From contig CAZBLW010000002.1 of assembly GCA_964493305.1 (NCBI GenBank), forward strand, positions 76,677-140,676: 64,000 nucleotides of DNA, written 5' to 3'. Shown one piece after another: positions 54,923 through 62,986 of this stretch. The notes under the pieces are model-generated. The model was not told the origin of the DNA and made no database searches. It worked only from the letters and a program-made list of their open reading frames with translations. How positions within the stretch are numbered: the stretch's first letter is position 1; each line of letters opens with the position of its first letter. The stretch is from an uncultured Gammaproteobacteria bacterium. Its GTDB lineage: Bacteria > Patescibacteriota > Patescibacteriia > S139-126. The translations under genes and the position numbers were made by a program.

Positions 54923-55095
54923 TATTATCTAGTGGCGGGACACTCGGGTTAAGTACCCCAGAATGTCGATATTATAAGAGTATTATAGGGCTTTTTTGGC
55001 TTTCTGAACAGAGGCGGACTTGAGGCATGTGGGTCGGGGTCTGATTTTTGCAAATGGGACAAATGGGACATTTTTTGTGGATGTTGTCCCGAGTC

Positions 55096-56223
55096 TCATT
55101 TGATCAGCTTCAACAGATCCTCCTCGCCCTCGTATCCCCTCAATCTTCCGGACAAAACTCCGAGCCGATAATTTACTCCGTCGGTCATCAGCCGCCAATT
55201 GGTATTCTCAAGAACTTTCTTGAGAATCTTTTTTAAATCGTATTCGCTTGTCCGGCTTTCGCGGCCGGTTTTTGAATCCTGAACAGTGAACGGCACGACT
55301 ACATTTCTGTCTATTTCGGGATTGGCCAACTGCAGATGAATATAGCTTTCTTTTTCCAATGCTGGCGCAAGCAGTTTTTCCAGCTCTATAACAGTTAGTT
55401 TCTTTATTTTGGCAACCTTGTCGTAAAGTCCTTTGTTCTTATCTCTTTCCTTCCATTCTTCTACGAGTTTTCCCATTTGTTCCATGTTGTAGAGTTCCTG
55501 TCTCCATTTTTCGCCCTCTTCCTTGGAAAGGCAGAATTTTGCGCGGTCGGCCTCAAAATCATGATCGGGTTTTTCTTCTTGGTTTGCCGTACGCTTTAAT
55601 TCGTCGGTTTTGGCATAACCGCAGGATAGACACTTAAAATTCGTAATAAACTTGGTTTTGGTTGTTTTATCTTTAACTTCTAGGGCCTTGCCACACTTAG
55701 GGCAAAGGTCGGGTTTAGATTTCCATTCCTCGCCATTGTCATAGAATGCTCGGCGCGGCAGACAGCCGTTCGGACAGTCAAACATAAAAAGAACTCGATC
55801 CGGCTCATTCAGTCCTCCTGTCCAAAGATCTTTATCAAGAAGCTTCATTATGCTTCGGCATTTCAAGCACCGGACTTCCGCCGGAGGCTGCGCCGATTCA
55901 TATAATCTATCTTTGGCTTCATCTCTGGTCATCCATTCCCGGATCGTTTCTTCCTTGTGCAGATATCTATCGCCTTTTTCAAACATCAAACTCCAATCAC
56001 GAGCCATGCTGGATACAACTTCTATCATTCTCTGCGACGGTTTCTTGCCCATAATAAGCGGGGAGTGCTTCATTGGCTGAGAATGAAGTTTTACAAGACG
56101 GCGGCACCTTTCAACAGTATGGCGATCGTATAAATCGCCATAGTAAGTTGCGTCTTTAAGATTTTTTGTTGGCTCGTTCATTAATGTTTTTGGTTCTTCT
56201 TTTGAACTCTTTTTGTATGTCAA
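55096..56223 (-). CDS. Hypothetical zinc-ribbon protein (375 aa), last gene of the five-gene minus-strand operon
   Basis: Two CxxC...CxxC clusters (RCLKCRS...FDCPNGC; CPKCGK...FKCLSCGY). No known catalytic motif. Its start overlaps the upstream gene. Confidence 0.45.
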   Translation of the reverse strand: MTYKKSSKEEPKTLMNEPTKNLKDATYYGDLYDRHTVERCRRLVKLHSQPMKHSPLIMGKKPSQRMIEVVSSMARDWSLMFEKGDRYLHKEETIREWMTRDEAKDRLYESAQPPAEVRCLKCRSIMKLLDKDLWTGGLNEPDRVLFMFDCPNGCLPRRAFYDNGEEWKSKPDLCPKCGKALEVKDKTTKTKFITNFKCLSCGYAKTDELKRTANQEEKPDHDFEADRAKFCLSKEEGEKWRQELYNMEQMGKLVEEWKERDKNKGLYDKVAKIKKLTVIELEKLLAPALEKESYIHLQLANPEIDRNVVVPFTVQDSKTGRESRTSEYDLKKILKKVLENTNWRLMTDGVNYRLGVLSGRLRGYEGEEDLLKLIK

Positions 56224-56899
56224 AAGAATTGATTGGCTTTCTGAAAAGGAAGCACTTATTCTGATTCTCTTTCGGCACTACATAATCAATCAAGCTTTTG
56301 CCGTCTGGTGTGCCGCAGTGAATCTGGTGAACGAATTCTTTGCCGTACTTCTGTGGATCATTGAAATCGCAGTAGTATAAATAGTCCTCGGTATTTAATT
56401 GGAAAACATGCGAAGTCCCGTGGCCGAAGAAATATACCTCTTTTATGCTTTTATCACTCATGATCTTTTCTATATCCTTGAAATTAGCGTCCGGATAAAA
56501 AGAAAAATCCTGTCCTTTTGCTTTTAAATATTTAACGAGTGATTCTATTTCGCTTTTGAGAAAATTGTGCTTAATCCAAGCCTCCATCTTAAACCAGTCA
56601 GACCGCCCTAAAACAACAACTGCTTCTGCCGGAACGTTTTGTTTAAAGCCTTTTAAATACTTTCTCAAAAGATAGTTCTGAATCGGGAAAACTATTGCTG
56701 TTATGGGCGAAAGAAAAAACAACAAGAAGTCTTCTCGGAAATAAATAATACCGTAAATGACCACAAAAAAGAGATGAAGAAAGACAACCGAAAGCCAGCC
56801 ATGCCCTGTTGCCAGCAGGTATATTAAAGCCCCGACATAAAAAAAGAATTGGATAAGACTTGTGTCTGTTCTTCTGAGAAATTTTTTGAGGTCATTCAT
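56156..56899 (-). CDS. Two-TM membrane protein with a soluble domain carrying a His...Cys dyad (speculative caspase/CHAT-like), 247 aa
   Basis: Two N-terminal TM helices, then ...VYFFGHGTSHVFQL...HQIHCGTPDG, reminiscent of HG / Q-x-x-C-G caspase-fold dyads. Low confidence. Confidence 0.35.
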   Translation of the reverse strand: MNDLKKFLRRTDTSLIQFFFYVGALIYLLATGHGWLSVVFLHLFFVVIYGIIYFREDFLLFFLSPITAIVFPIQNYLLRKYLKGFKQNVPAEAVVVLGRSDWFKMEAWIKHNFLKSEIESLVKYLKAKGQDFSFYPDANFKDIEKIMSDKSIKEVYFFGHGTSHVFQLNTEDYLYYCDFNDPQKYGKEFVHQIHCGTPDGKSLIDYVVPKENQNKCFLFRKPINSFDIQKEFKRRTKNINERANKKS

Positions 56900-56919
56900 G
56901 CAATTTGCAGTAAAAATTA

Positions 56920-59160
56920 TTATTCTAGGCCGCGCTTCATTAATTCAATTTCTTCGTCGGTTCGTTTCTGCTCATAGGCAATTCTCTGATCTAAATAGTC
57001 TTCATATTCCTTAACAAATTTCTTAACTCGCTTATCAGAATCCTTTTTAAGATCTTGAATTTCCTGTTTTTTTGACTGATACGCCCTCACAAAGCCATCT
57101 TCGCCGGAAACAACGCCTGTTTGCGATAAAAATCCAAATAAATGACCGCTAACCTCTTTATATTCTTTGGTGCCAGCATATTGCTGAACCAAAGCCTTAA
57201 CAATAGGCCACAAAAATTTTCCTCCTTGGTATTTGCCAAGAATAGAAAAAACAATATCTCTGCTGTTTTTAGTTCCTTTCTTTATAAGGATAACCAATGA
57301 TTGCTCGAGGGTGGGACTAAAGCCAGGAAATATTTCCTCAAAGAGATGACTTACCTCCCATTTAAACAGCCAATTGTGTTTTTTGCCGCCATCACCATAC
57401 CAACTTAGTAATATGGGTACTAATATTTTTTCGTGTTGCCTCAATACCTCTCCAAGCTTATGAAAATTAAACGGAACGCCATCGTATCTGTCATTAATAT
57501 CTCTTTTTCTTTTTGATTTTGTTTCAACCCTTTTATGAAAAAAATCGATAATCTTTTTTGGATATTTTTCGGCAATAGGCTTCAATATTTCTTCCGCCCG
57601 ATAATCTATATCTGGAAGCAATAATAAACCATCGAGAATTACATCAAATTCTTTTTGGGTAAGATCTGGAAAAATTGTTGCGCCTTTAAACCATAGGTTA
57701 TCAACCCACCACGTGTCTTTAAGTTTTGCCAGCTCTTTGATAATTTCTAAAAAAACAGGCTTAAGATTCTTATGTTTTGCGTAATGATGTAAAACAGATC
57801 GAAGGATATTATTTAAAGCGCGAGTATCTTTAATATCTTTCGCCTTTTTAACAATCTTATTAAAAAGTTTATCATCGATCTCATCCACTACCACGAATAT
57901 AAAAGCCAAGACATACAGATACTTTCCTTCGTCCATCCACTTAGAAATTATCTTTTTTGCTTGTTGTTTTTTGCTGCTTTTCCAGAGACCAGATAATAAG
58001 CTAAGCAGAAATGGCGCAAGCTCTTTCTCGTTTTTTTCGATTAAAAGTATTCCGAGATTTGGTTTTCTATTGCCGAGTTCCGACAAAAATGTTTCAAAAT
58101 ATCCATAACTACCGGGCTCTGCCGCTGAATAATTTTTTACTACTTTCAAAATTTTTTGCCGCCATTCTTCAAAGTTCTCGTCAGAGATACTGGAAACAAA
58201 CTCGTTAATTTTTTGAGTACGAGTTTCCCTGTCTCTATTGAAATCATAGTCTGGGTCAAGCCTTCCATCGTATCCCACAAATACTCTAAACATGCTGTAG
58301 GCGGAGTTTGATCGGATCGCTTCTTCAAGTTCATTTAATTTTTGGGGTGGTTCTTTTTTAAACCGCCTGACAAACCATATTTTTTGTTCTTCGATATCCT
58401 GGATTATTTCATTCTCTGCATTCGGTAAAATTTCAAGATAAAAAGCTATGATATTATTTGTATCTTCTAATACCATCTGTTCCATATCATCGCCATAAAC
58501 ATGACTATGGGGTGTTTGGGTAGCTCCCTGTAGAGTCTGAAGGGTTTTTGTTTTTTGACCCAGATTGCTTGAAAGTGAATAGATTTTCTTGAGCAACGAT
58601 ATAGTACGACTGCGTATTTTTTTAAGATTATCGGAAACAATTAATGGACCCGAATGCAAAGTAAAAGTTCTATAGTCAGGCATTGAATGTCCTTCAAATG
58701 TTGGTTCGAGTAATTCTTTTGCTATTACAAACAAAATTTCAAGATTTTTGCTTATTCTTTTATCGCTCCAGCTTTCTACCTCATCCATTATTAAATTTTG
58801 TATTTTATATTCTATCTGCTGTAAAACAAATAAATTATACTGCGACAAATGCTCAAATGTTTTTAAAACTTCGGACTGAATAGCTTTGTTACCAGTTTGA
58901 TATAAACGCTCAAGCAATCCGATAATCTTTTTGGTTTCCAAATATTTAATTTTCCCTAGTATTTTTACGCATTGGATTAAAATATCTTCGTGAGATTTTC
59001 CATACAATTTTCCAAACCCCTTTAAATATGAAGCCTTCGCTTTCATCGGCTTTCTACTCACAACCAATTGAACAGCCTTAAATGCTTTATCGGGAGTAAT
59101 ATGGGCATACTCCTCAAGAAGTTCCAAATTATTAAAAATTTCATCGTTATTTTTTGACAT
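56920..59160 (-). CDS. Large all-alpha (HEAT/ARM-like?) hypothetical protein (746 aa)
   Basis: No TM helices and no Walker motifs. The helical-repeat character is judged by eye. Confidence 0.4.
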   Translation of the reverse strand: MSKNNDEIFNNLELLEEYAHITPDKAFKAVQLVVSRKPMKAKASYLKGFGKLYGKSHEDILIQCVKILGKIKYLETKKIIGLLERLYQTGNKAIQSEVLKTFEHLSQYNLFVLQQIEYKIQNLIMDEVESWSDKRISKNLEILFVIAKELLEPTFEGHSMPDYRTFTLHSGPLIVSDNLKKIRSRTISLLKKIYSLSSNLGQKTKTLQTLQGATQTPHSHVYGDDMEQMVLEDTNNIIAFYLEILPNAENEIIQDIEEQKIWFVRRFKKEPPQKLNELEEAIRSNSAYSMFRVFVGYDGRLDPDYDFNRDRETRTQKINEFVSSISDENFEEWRQKILKVVKNYSAAEPGSYGYFETFLSELGNRKPNLGILLIEKNEKELAPFLLSLLSGLWKSSKKQQAKKIISKWMDEGKYLYVLAFIFVVVDEIDDKLFNKIVKKAKDIKDTRALNNILRSVLHHYAKHKNLKPVFLEIIKELAKLKDTWWVDNLWFKGATIFPDLTQKEFDVILDGLLLLPDIDYRAEEILKPIAEKYPKKIIDFFHKRVETKSKRKRDINDRYDGVPFNFHKLGEVLRQHEKILVPILLSWYGDGGKKHNWLFKWEVSHLFEEIFPGFSPTLEQSLVILIKKGTKNSRDIVFSILGKYQGGKFLWPIVKALVQQYAGTKEYKEVSGHLFGFLSQTGVVSGEDGFVRAYQSKKQEIQDLKKDSDKRVKKFVKEYEDYLDQRIAYEQKRTDEEIELMKRGLE

Positions 59161-60106
59161 AATGGAGTAGCTTATCTGCTTCTTTCTTTACATATTCAAA
59201 AACGACCGGATGCCGGACGTCGGCTAAATTCTTATAAATTTGTAATTTCTGTTTATGCTCGGGGAATAAACTTAATAACTTATCGAGGTCAATTTTATTG
59301 ATAGTTTCATACAGGATCAGTAATCCCACGTCCTGCTTAACCTCATCCTTCACTAACTTAAAAATGTAGGTGTCTTTGTCTTTATAAATTAATTGCTGTG
59401 CATGCAGGCTCGAGAGAATATCATTCATCTGGCGATCGGTTAACTTCAACATTTTTGCGATAGCTTTGCGTTCAGATTTTGTCACCCTGCCAACCAGATA
59501 AATAATGCTGGCAACAAGGAGTATCTTGTCTTTTAGTTCTACTGCGATATCCAATATTTCCTTCGGTAAATCCAAAAATTCATTTTTCTTCGCAAGGTTT
59601 TTAATATGAATATAAAATTGGTCGACGAAATCATTCTTCCCGATCTTTAATGGCCGGAGATTCGGAATACGAATATTATTGCTGTTTGGTTTATTTGTTT
59701 TATTTAATATTTCAACATTGACATTGCTAAAGTGATACCACCATATTTGCGAATCGTTTTGTTTTTCTGACTCTTCGGCAATATTAGCCACTACAAATAA
59801 AATTGTTGGGAGATTAATTTCTTTACAAAATTCAATTAATTTACGAGAGCTGACATAGGTGCTATTTTCAATTTTTTTCTCGGAACCTTTTAACTGGAAG
59901 AAAACCACATTATTTAAATACTTGCCTCGCATTTTCACATTTGGTTCGGGTTCCCTTAAGCGCAAGAATCCATCTGTGTCAGGAGTGTTATCTTTTATGC
60001 CGTGAAATTGTAAATCAAACTTATCTCCATGTTTATTCATGAAGTAATCACCAACGATAGATACCGCCTTTTCATCAAGCCGATTTTGTTTATTGTATTT
60101 ACTCAT
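59147..60106 (-). CDS. Hypothetical protein with an N-terminal PD-(D/E)xK-like (restriction-endonuclease-fold, DUF4365-like) region and a C-terminal wHTH-like region (319 aa)
   Basis: ...PDTDGFLRL...VVFFQLKGSEK... suggests a D...(Q/E)xK nuclease core. The C-terminus is helix-turn-helix-like. It overlaps its neighbours by 8-14 nt, which suggests an operon. Confidence 0.35.
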   Translation of the reverse strand: MSKYNKQNRLDEKAVSIVGDYFMNKHGDKFDLQFHGIKDNTPDTDGFLRLREPEPNVKMRGKYLNNVVFFQLKGSEKKIENSTYVSSRKLIEFCKEINLPTILFVVANIAEESEKQNDSQIWWYHFSNVNVEILNKTNKPNSNNIRIPNLRPLKIGKNDFVDQFYIHIKNLAKKNEFLDLPKEILDIAVELKDKILLVASIIYLVGRVTKSERKAIAKMLKLTDRQMNDILSSLHAQQLIYKDKDTYIFKLVKDEVKQDVGLLILYETINKIDLDKLLSLFPEHKQKLQIYKNLADVRHPVVFEYVKKEADKLLHYVKK

Positions 60107-60359
60107 CGCTTTTTAATTTTTCTGAAATAATTATTTGAATTTCTTTATCCATTTCTGGAGTTCTAGATATTTCTGTTTTTTCTCCGCATCCGAAACAAAC
60201 CCTGTATGTATGGGCGTTCAACATTCCTGCGCCGGGGTTCATAATAAAGATCTCCTCCCATTTGTGGGAATGTTCATGCTGTTCTGCAGATGGTTTGCCT
60301 GAAAAAGCCTTATTTATTTCGGATAACTTATTAAATTCTTGTGGGTATAAATATCGCAT
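60099..60359 (-). CDS. Small zinc-ribbon-like protein (86 aa), first gene of the operon
   Basis: ...HEHSHKWEE...RVCFGCGEK... Overlaps the next gene by 8 nt. Confidence 0.35.
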   Translation of the reverse strand: MRYLYPQEFNKLSEINKAFSGKPSAEQHEHSHKWEEIFIMNPGAGMLNAHTYRVCFGCGEKTEISRTPEMDKEIQIIISEKLKSDE

Positions 60360-60451
60360 ATTATTTAGAGGTTTTATTCCGCAATATTAGCGGTAATCAT
60401 TGGCTGGGGATAACTAAGACTTGCTGTTTAGGTTATCTTTAGGTATTATAT

Positions 60452-61084
60452 ATGTGTATGGTAAATAAATCAAGTGTATGGACAAATAAACCATCCAAAC
60501 GGCAGGCTGAAATTCTTGAGTTCATCTCTAAATTCCAGAAAGATAAGAACTATTCCCCGTCGCTCGCTGAGATAGCCGAGCATTTTGACGTTTCCATACC
60601 AACCATCCATCAACATGTTTCTTATCTTCAGAAAAAGAAATTACTCACCGCCCACAAAGGAAAGAAACGATCAATACAACCATTTAATGATCATAAACAG
60701 TATCTGGTTGAAATCCCGCTTATGGGAGTTATCTCCGCAGGGGGTCCTATTGAAGCTATCAGCAACCCCGAACCAATCGAGATTCCGCGCAGTATGCTTT
60801 CAAAGGGCGCGAATCATTATGCTTTAAAAGTTTCCGGCGTGAGCATGATTGAAGAAGGAATTTCAGATGGAGACATAGTCATAGTCCGCGAACAACCTTA
60901 CGTTGATGACGGCGAAAAAGCAGTCGCTTATCTTCCGGACGAGAATAAGGTCACCCTCAAAAAACTATATCGAGAAAAAAATCGAGTAAAGTTAGTTCCC
61001 GCAAATAAAACCATGAAGCCATTCTATGAAAAGAATGTCGAGGTGCAGGGAAAGGTTATTGGAGTTTTAAGAAAAGAGGTTTAA
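60452..61084 (+). CDS. lexA: LexA-family repressor (wHTH plus S24 peptidase)
   Basis: N-terminal ...KRQAEILEFI...GYSPSLAEIAEHFDVS wHTH. Ala-Gly cleavage site (ISAGGPIEA). Ser/Lys dyad (VSGVSMIEEG ... KVTLKKL). Divergent from the 60359 operon. Confidence 0.75.
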   Translation: MCMVNKSSVWTNKPSKRQAEILEFISKFQKDKNYSPSLAEIAEHFDVSIPTIHQHVSYLQKKKLLTAHKGKKRSIQPFNDHKQYLVEIPLMGVISAGGPIEAISNPEPIEIPRSMLSKGANHYALKVSGVSMIEEGISDGDIVIVREQPYVDDGEKAVAYLPDENKVTLKKLYREKNRVKLVPANKTMKPFYEKNVEVQGKVIGVLRKEV

Positions 61085-61108
61085 AAACTGGTATAATTAA
61101 AGTAGTAT

Positions 61109-62986
61109 ATGGACGAAATTTTCAAAATATACAATTCACTCTGCACTTCATATGCTGATAAAAAGGCTCTTATCAAGAAGCTTTATAGTTTTTTTACGAC
61201 GAAACCAGAAATTGAAGATTCTAGAGATGACTTCCTGTACAAGAATTTAAAAACCGGAAATAATATAGACCCTTTAAAAATCTTCCAGTTGATTGGGCTT
61301 GTTCACCAGAAAAGCAAAGAAACAGAAAAAATAGTTAACACTGACAAAAGAAAACATTTCGGAATTTACTACACGGATTATTCCATAGCTCGATTGATAG
61401 CTAAGGAAAGTTTAAGCGGATCGGAAATTGATAAGATTGCAGAATATAAATTTCTTGAGCCGTGTGTTGGGGTAGGAATTTTTATTATTGCCTATTTAGA
61501 CGAGGTATTAGACAGGTTGAAAACGATTAACAAAAAAGTCGTACAAAAAATAATTAATCAGATATATTTTGCAGATATAGACGATGAAGCGATTGATATT
61601 CTTATAAACATAATTCCTCACTATATAAGGTCTAAATACGGTATTAAGATTACTGTACTATCGGAAAATTATTACAAGGGCGATGTCCTTTTCGAGGGTA
61701 AAGACAACGAAATTAGTAAGGTTAATTTGAAAGAAGTATTCGGGATTAACGATGGTTTCGATGTTGTTTTAACCAATCCACCATACAAGCTTTTAAAGGC
61801 AAATGGAAATAAATATAGAAATGAACTAAATGAGAACAAATATGCGCTTGATATAAAAAAGGTTATCGACTTTGTTAAGAAAAATAAAGTATATCAATTC
61901 AACCAAGGCACTCTTAATTATTACAAGATTTTTCTTGAGGAGATACTTGAACAATATACCCATTCTAATAGTAAAATCGGGGCTATTATTCCGATAACTC
62001 TTTTAAATGATAAGCAGAGTGAACTTTTGAGAAAAAGGATAATAAATAAATATAAATTACTGAAGATTTATATTATTCCGGAGAAAAATGAGTTTTTCCC
62101 AGATATTTCACAAGCTTTTTGTTTCTTTGCTCTTGATAAAAGTAATCCCGGAAATGTTATTAAAATAAACCCCCGAGTAGTTAGCTCCCAGGACTTTAAA
62201 AATGAAGGGGTTGAGGTTAGTGTTAGCCATATTGAAAAGATCAGCGATACGGCACCTATTGTTATTGAAAATGAGATCGGTTGGAGGATTCTAAAAAAGT
62301 TGAGTGTATTACCGAAATTAGGCACACTAAACTCAATTTGCAATGCAAGGGGTGAACTTGACTTAACACTCGACAAAGATTTTGTAACGAAGAAAAAAAC
62401 GTCCCTTCCGCTTCTTAGAGGAAACAACGTCAGTGAATTTTCTTACTCTGCTGGCGAGTACTACACTAACGAAAAGTTCATATCAAAATTAAGTGAAAAA
62501 CAAAAATACATTCTCAGAGAGAGAATCGTATGCCAACAAATCTCTAATATTCACCTGGAGAAACGTCTGAAATTTACAAAGATTCCCGGAAATGTAATTT
62601 TAGGAAACTCTTGCAACTTTTTAACTTTTGAAGAATCTCTATTTAAAAATCAGGACGTTAGCTTAGATTATCTGTTGGGTGTGCTGAATTCTTTGCTGTT
62701 AAATTGGAGGTTTAAAGTCACAAACTCTAATAACCACATCAGCAATTATGAACTTGCCGAGCTTCCGATTGCAATCCCATCAAAAAACGACAAAAGGGAG
62801 ATTGAAAAACTCGTACATTCAATAAAAGATAAAGGAAGGACTGAAGACATATATAAATTGAACCAGAAAGTTTTTGATTTATATGGTTTGGATAAAGAGG
62901 AGGTCGATTATATTCTCGGCAAGCACAAAAAGGCGTTGGAATCGTTTTTAAGCGTTCGAAGTCCACAATTAGTTTATGGTGCATAA
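61109..62986 (+). CDS. N6-adenine (or N4-C) DNA methyltransferase, gamma-class (Eco57I-like), with a C-terminal target-recognition region
   Basis: Motif X HFGIYYTDYSIARLIA, motif I LEPCVGVGIF, motif IV VVLTNPPYKLL. 625 aa. No nuclease domain was recognised. Confidence 0.7.
   Translation: MDEIFKIYNSLCTSYADKKALIKKLYSFFTTKPEIEDSRDDFLYKNLKTGNNIDPLKIFQLIGLVHQKSKETEKIVNTDKRKHFGIYYTDYSIARLIAKESLSGSEIDKIAEYKFLEPCVGVGIFIIAYLDEVLDRLKTINKKVVQKIINQIYFADIDDEAIDILINIIPHYIRSKYGIKITVLSENYYKGDVLFEGKDNEISKVNLKEVFGINDGFDVVLTNPPYKLLKANGNKYRNELNENKYALDIKKVIDFVKKNKVYQFNQGTLNYYKIFLEEILEQYTHSNSKIGAIIPITLLNDKQSELLRKRIINKYKLLKIYIIPEKNEFFPDISQAFCFFALDKSNPGNVIKINPRVVSSQDFKNEGVEVSVSHIEKISDTAPIVIENEIGWRILKKLSVLPKLGTLNSICNARGELDLTLDKDFVTKKKTSLPLLRGNNVSEFSYSAGEYYTNEKFISKLSEKQKYILRERIVCQQISNIHLEKRLKFTKIPGNVILGNSCNFLTFEESLFKNQDVSLDYLLGVLNSLLLNWRFKVTNSNNHISNYELAELPIAIPSKNDKREIEKLVHSIKDKGRTEDIYKLNQKVFDLYGLDKEEVDYILGKHKKALESFLSVRSPQLVYGA

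Noticed and set aside
54983-55236. ORFs 54983-55198(-) and 55048-55236(+)
   Set aside because: They are mutually overlapping short ORFs in a repeat-rich noncoding boundary, with an Arg-rich low-complexity translation. The region is better explained as SMR leader and operon 3' UTR.
55096-60359. Prophage interpretation of the 55-60 kb block
   Set aside because: No capsid, terminase, portal or tail genes, and no integrase inside the block. The LexA here has canonical autocleavage features rather than a CI-like XRE HTH. It is treated as a defence/accessory operon instead.
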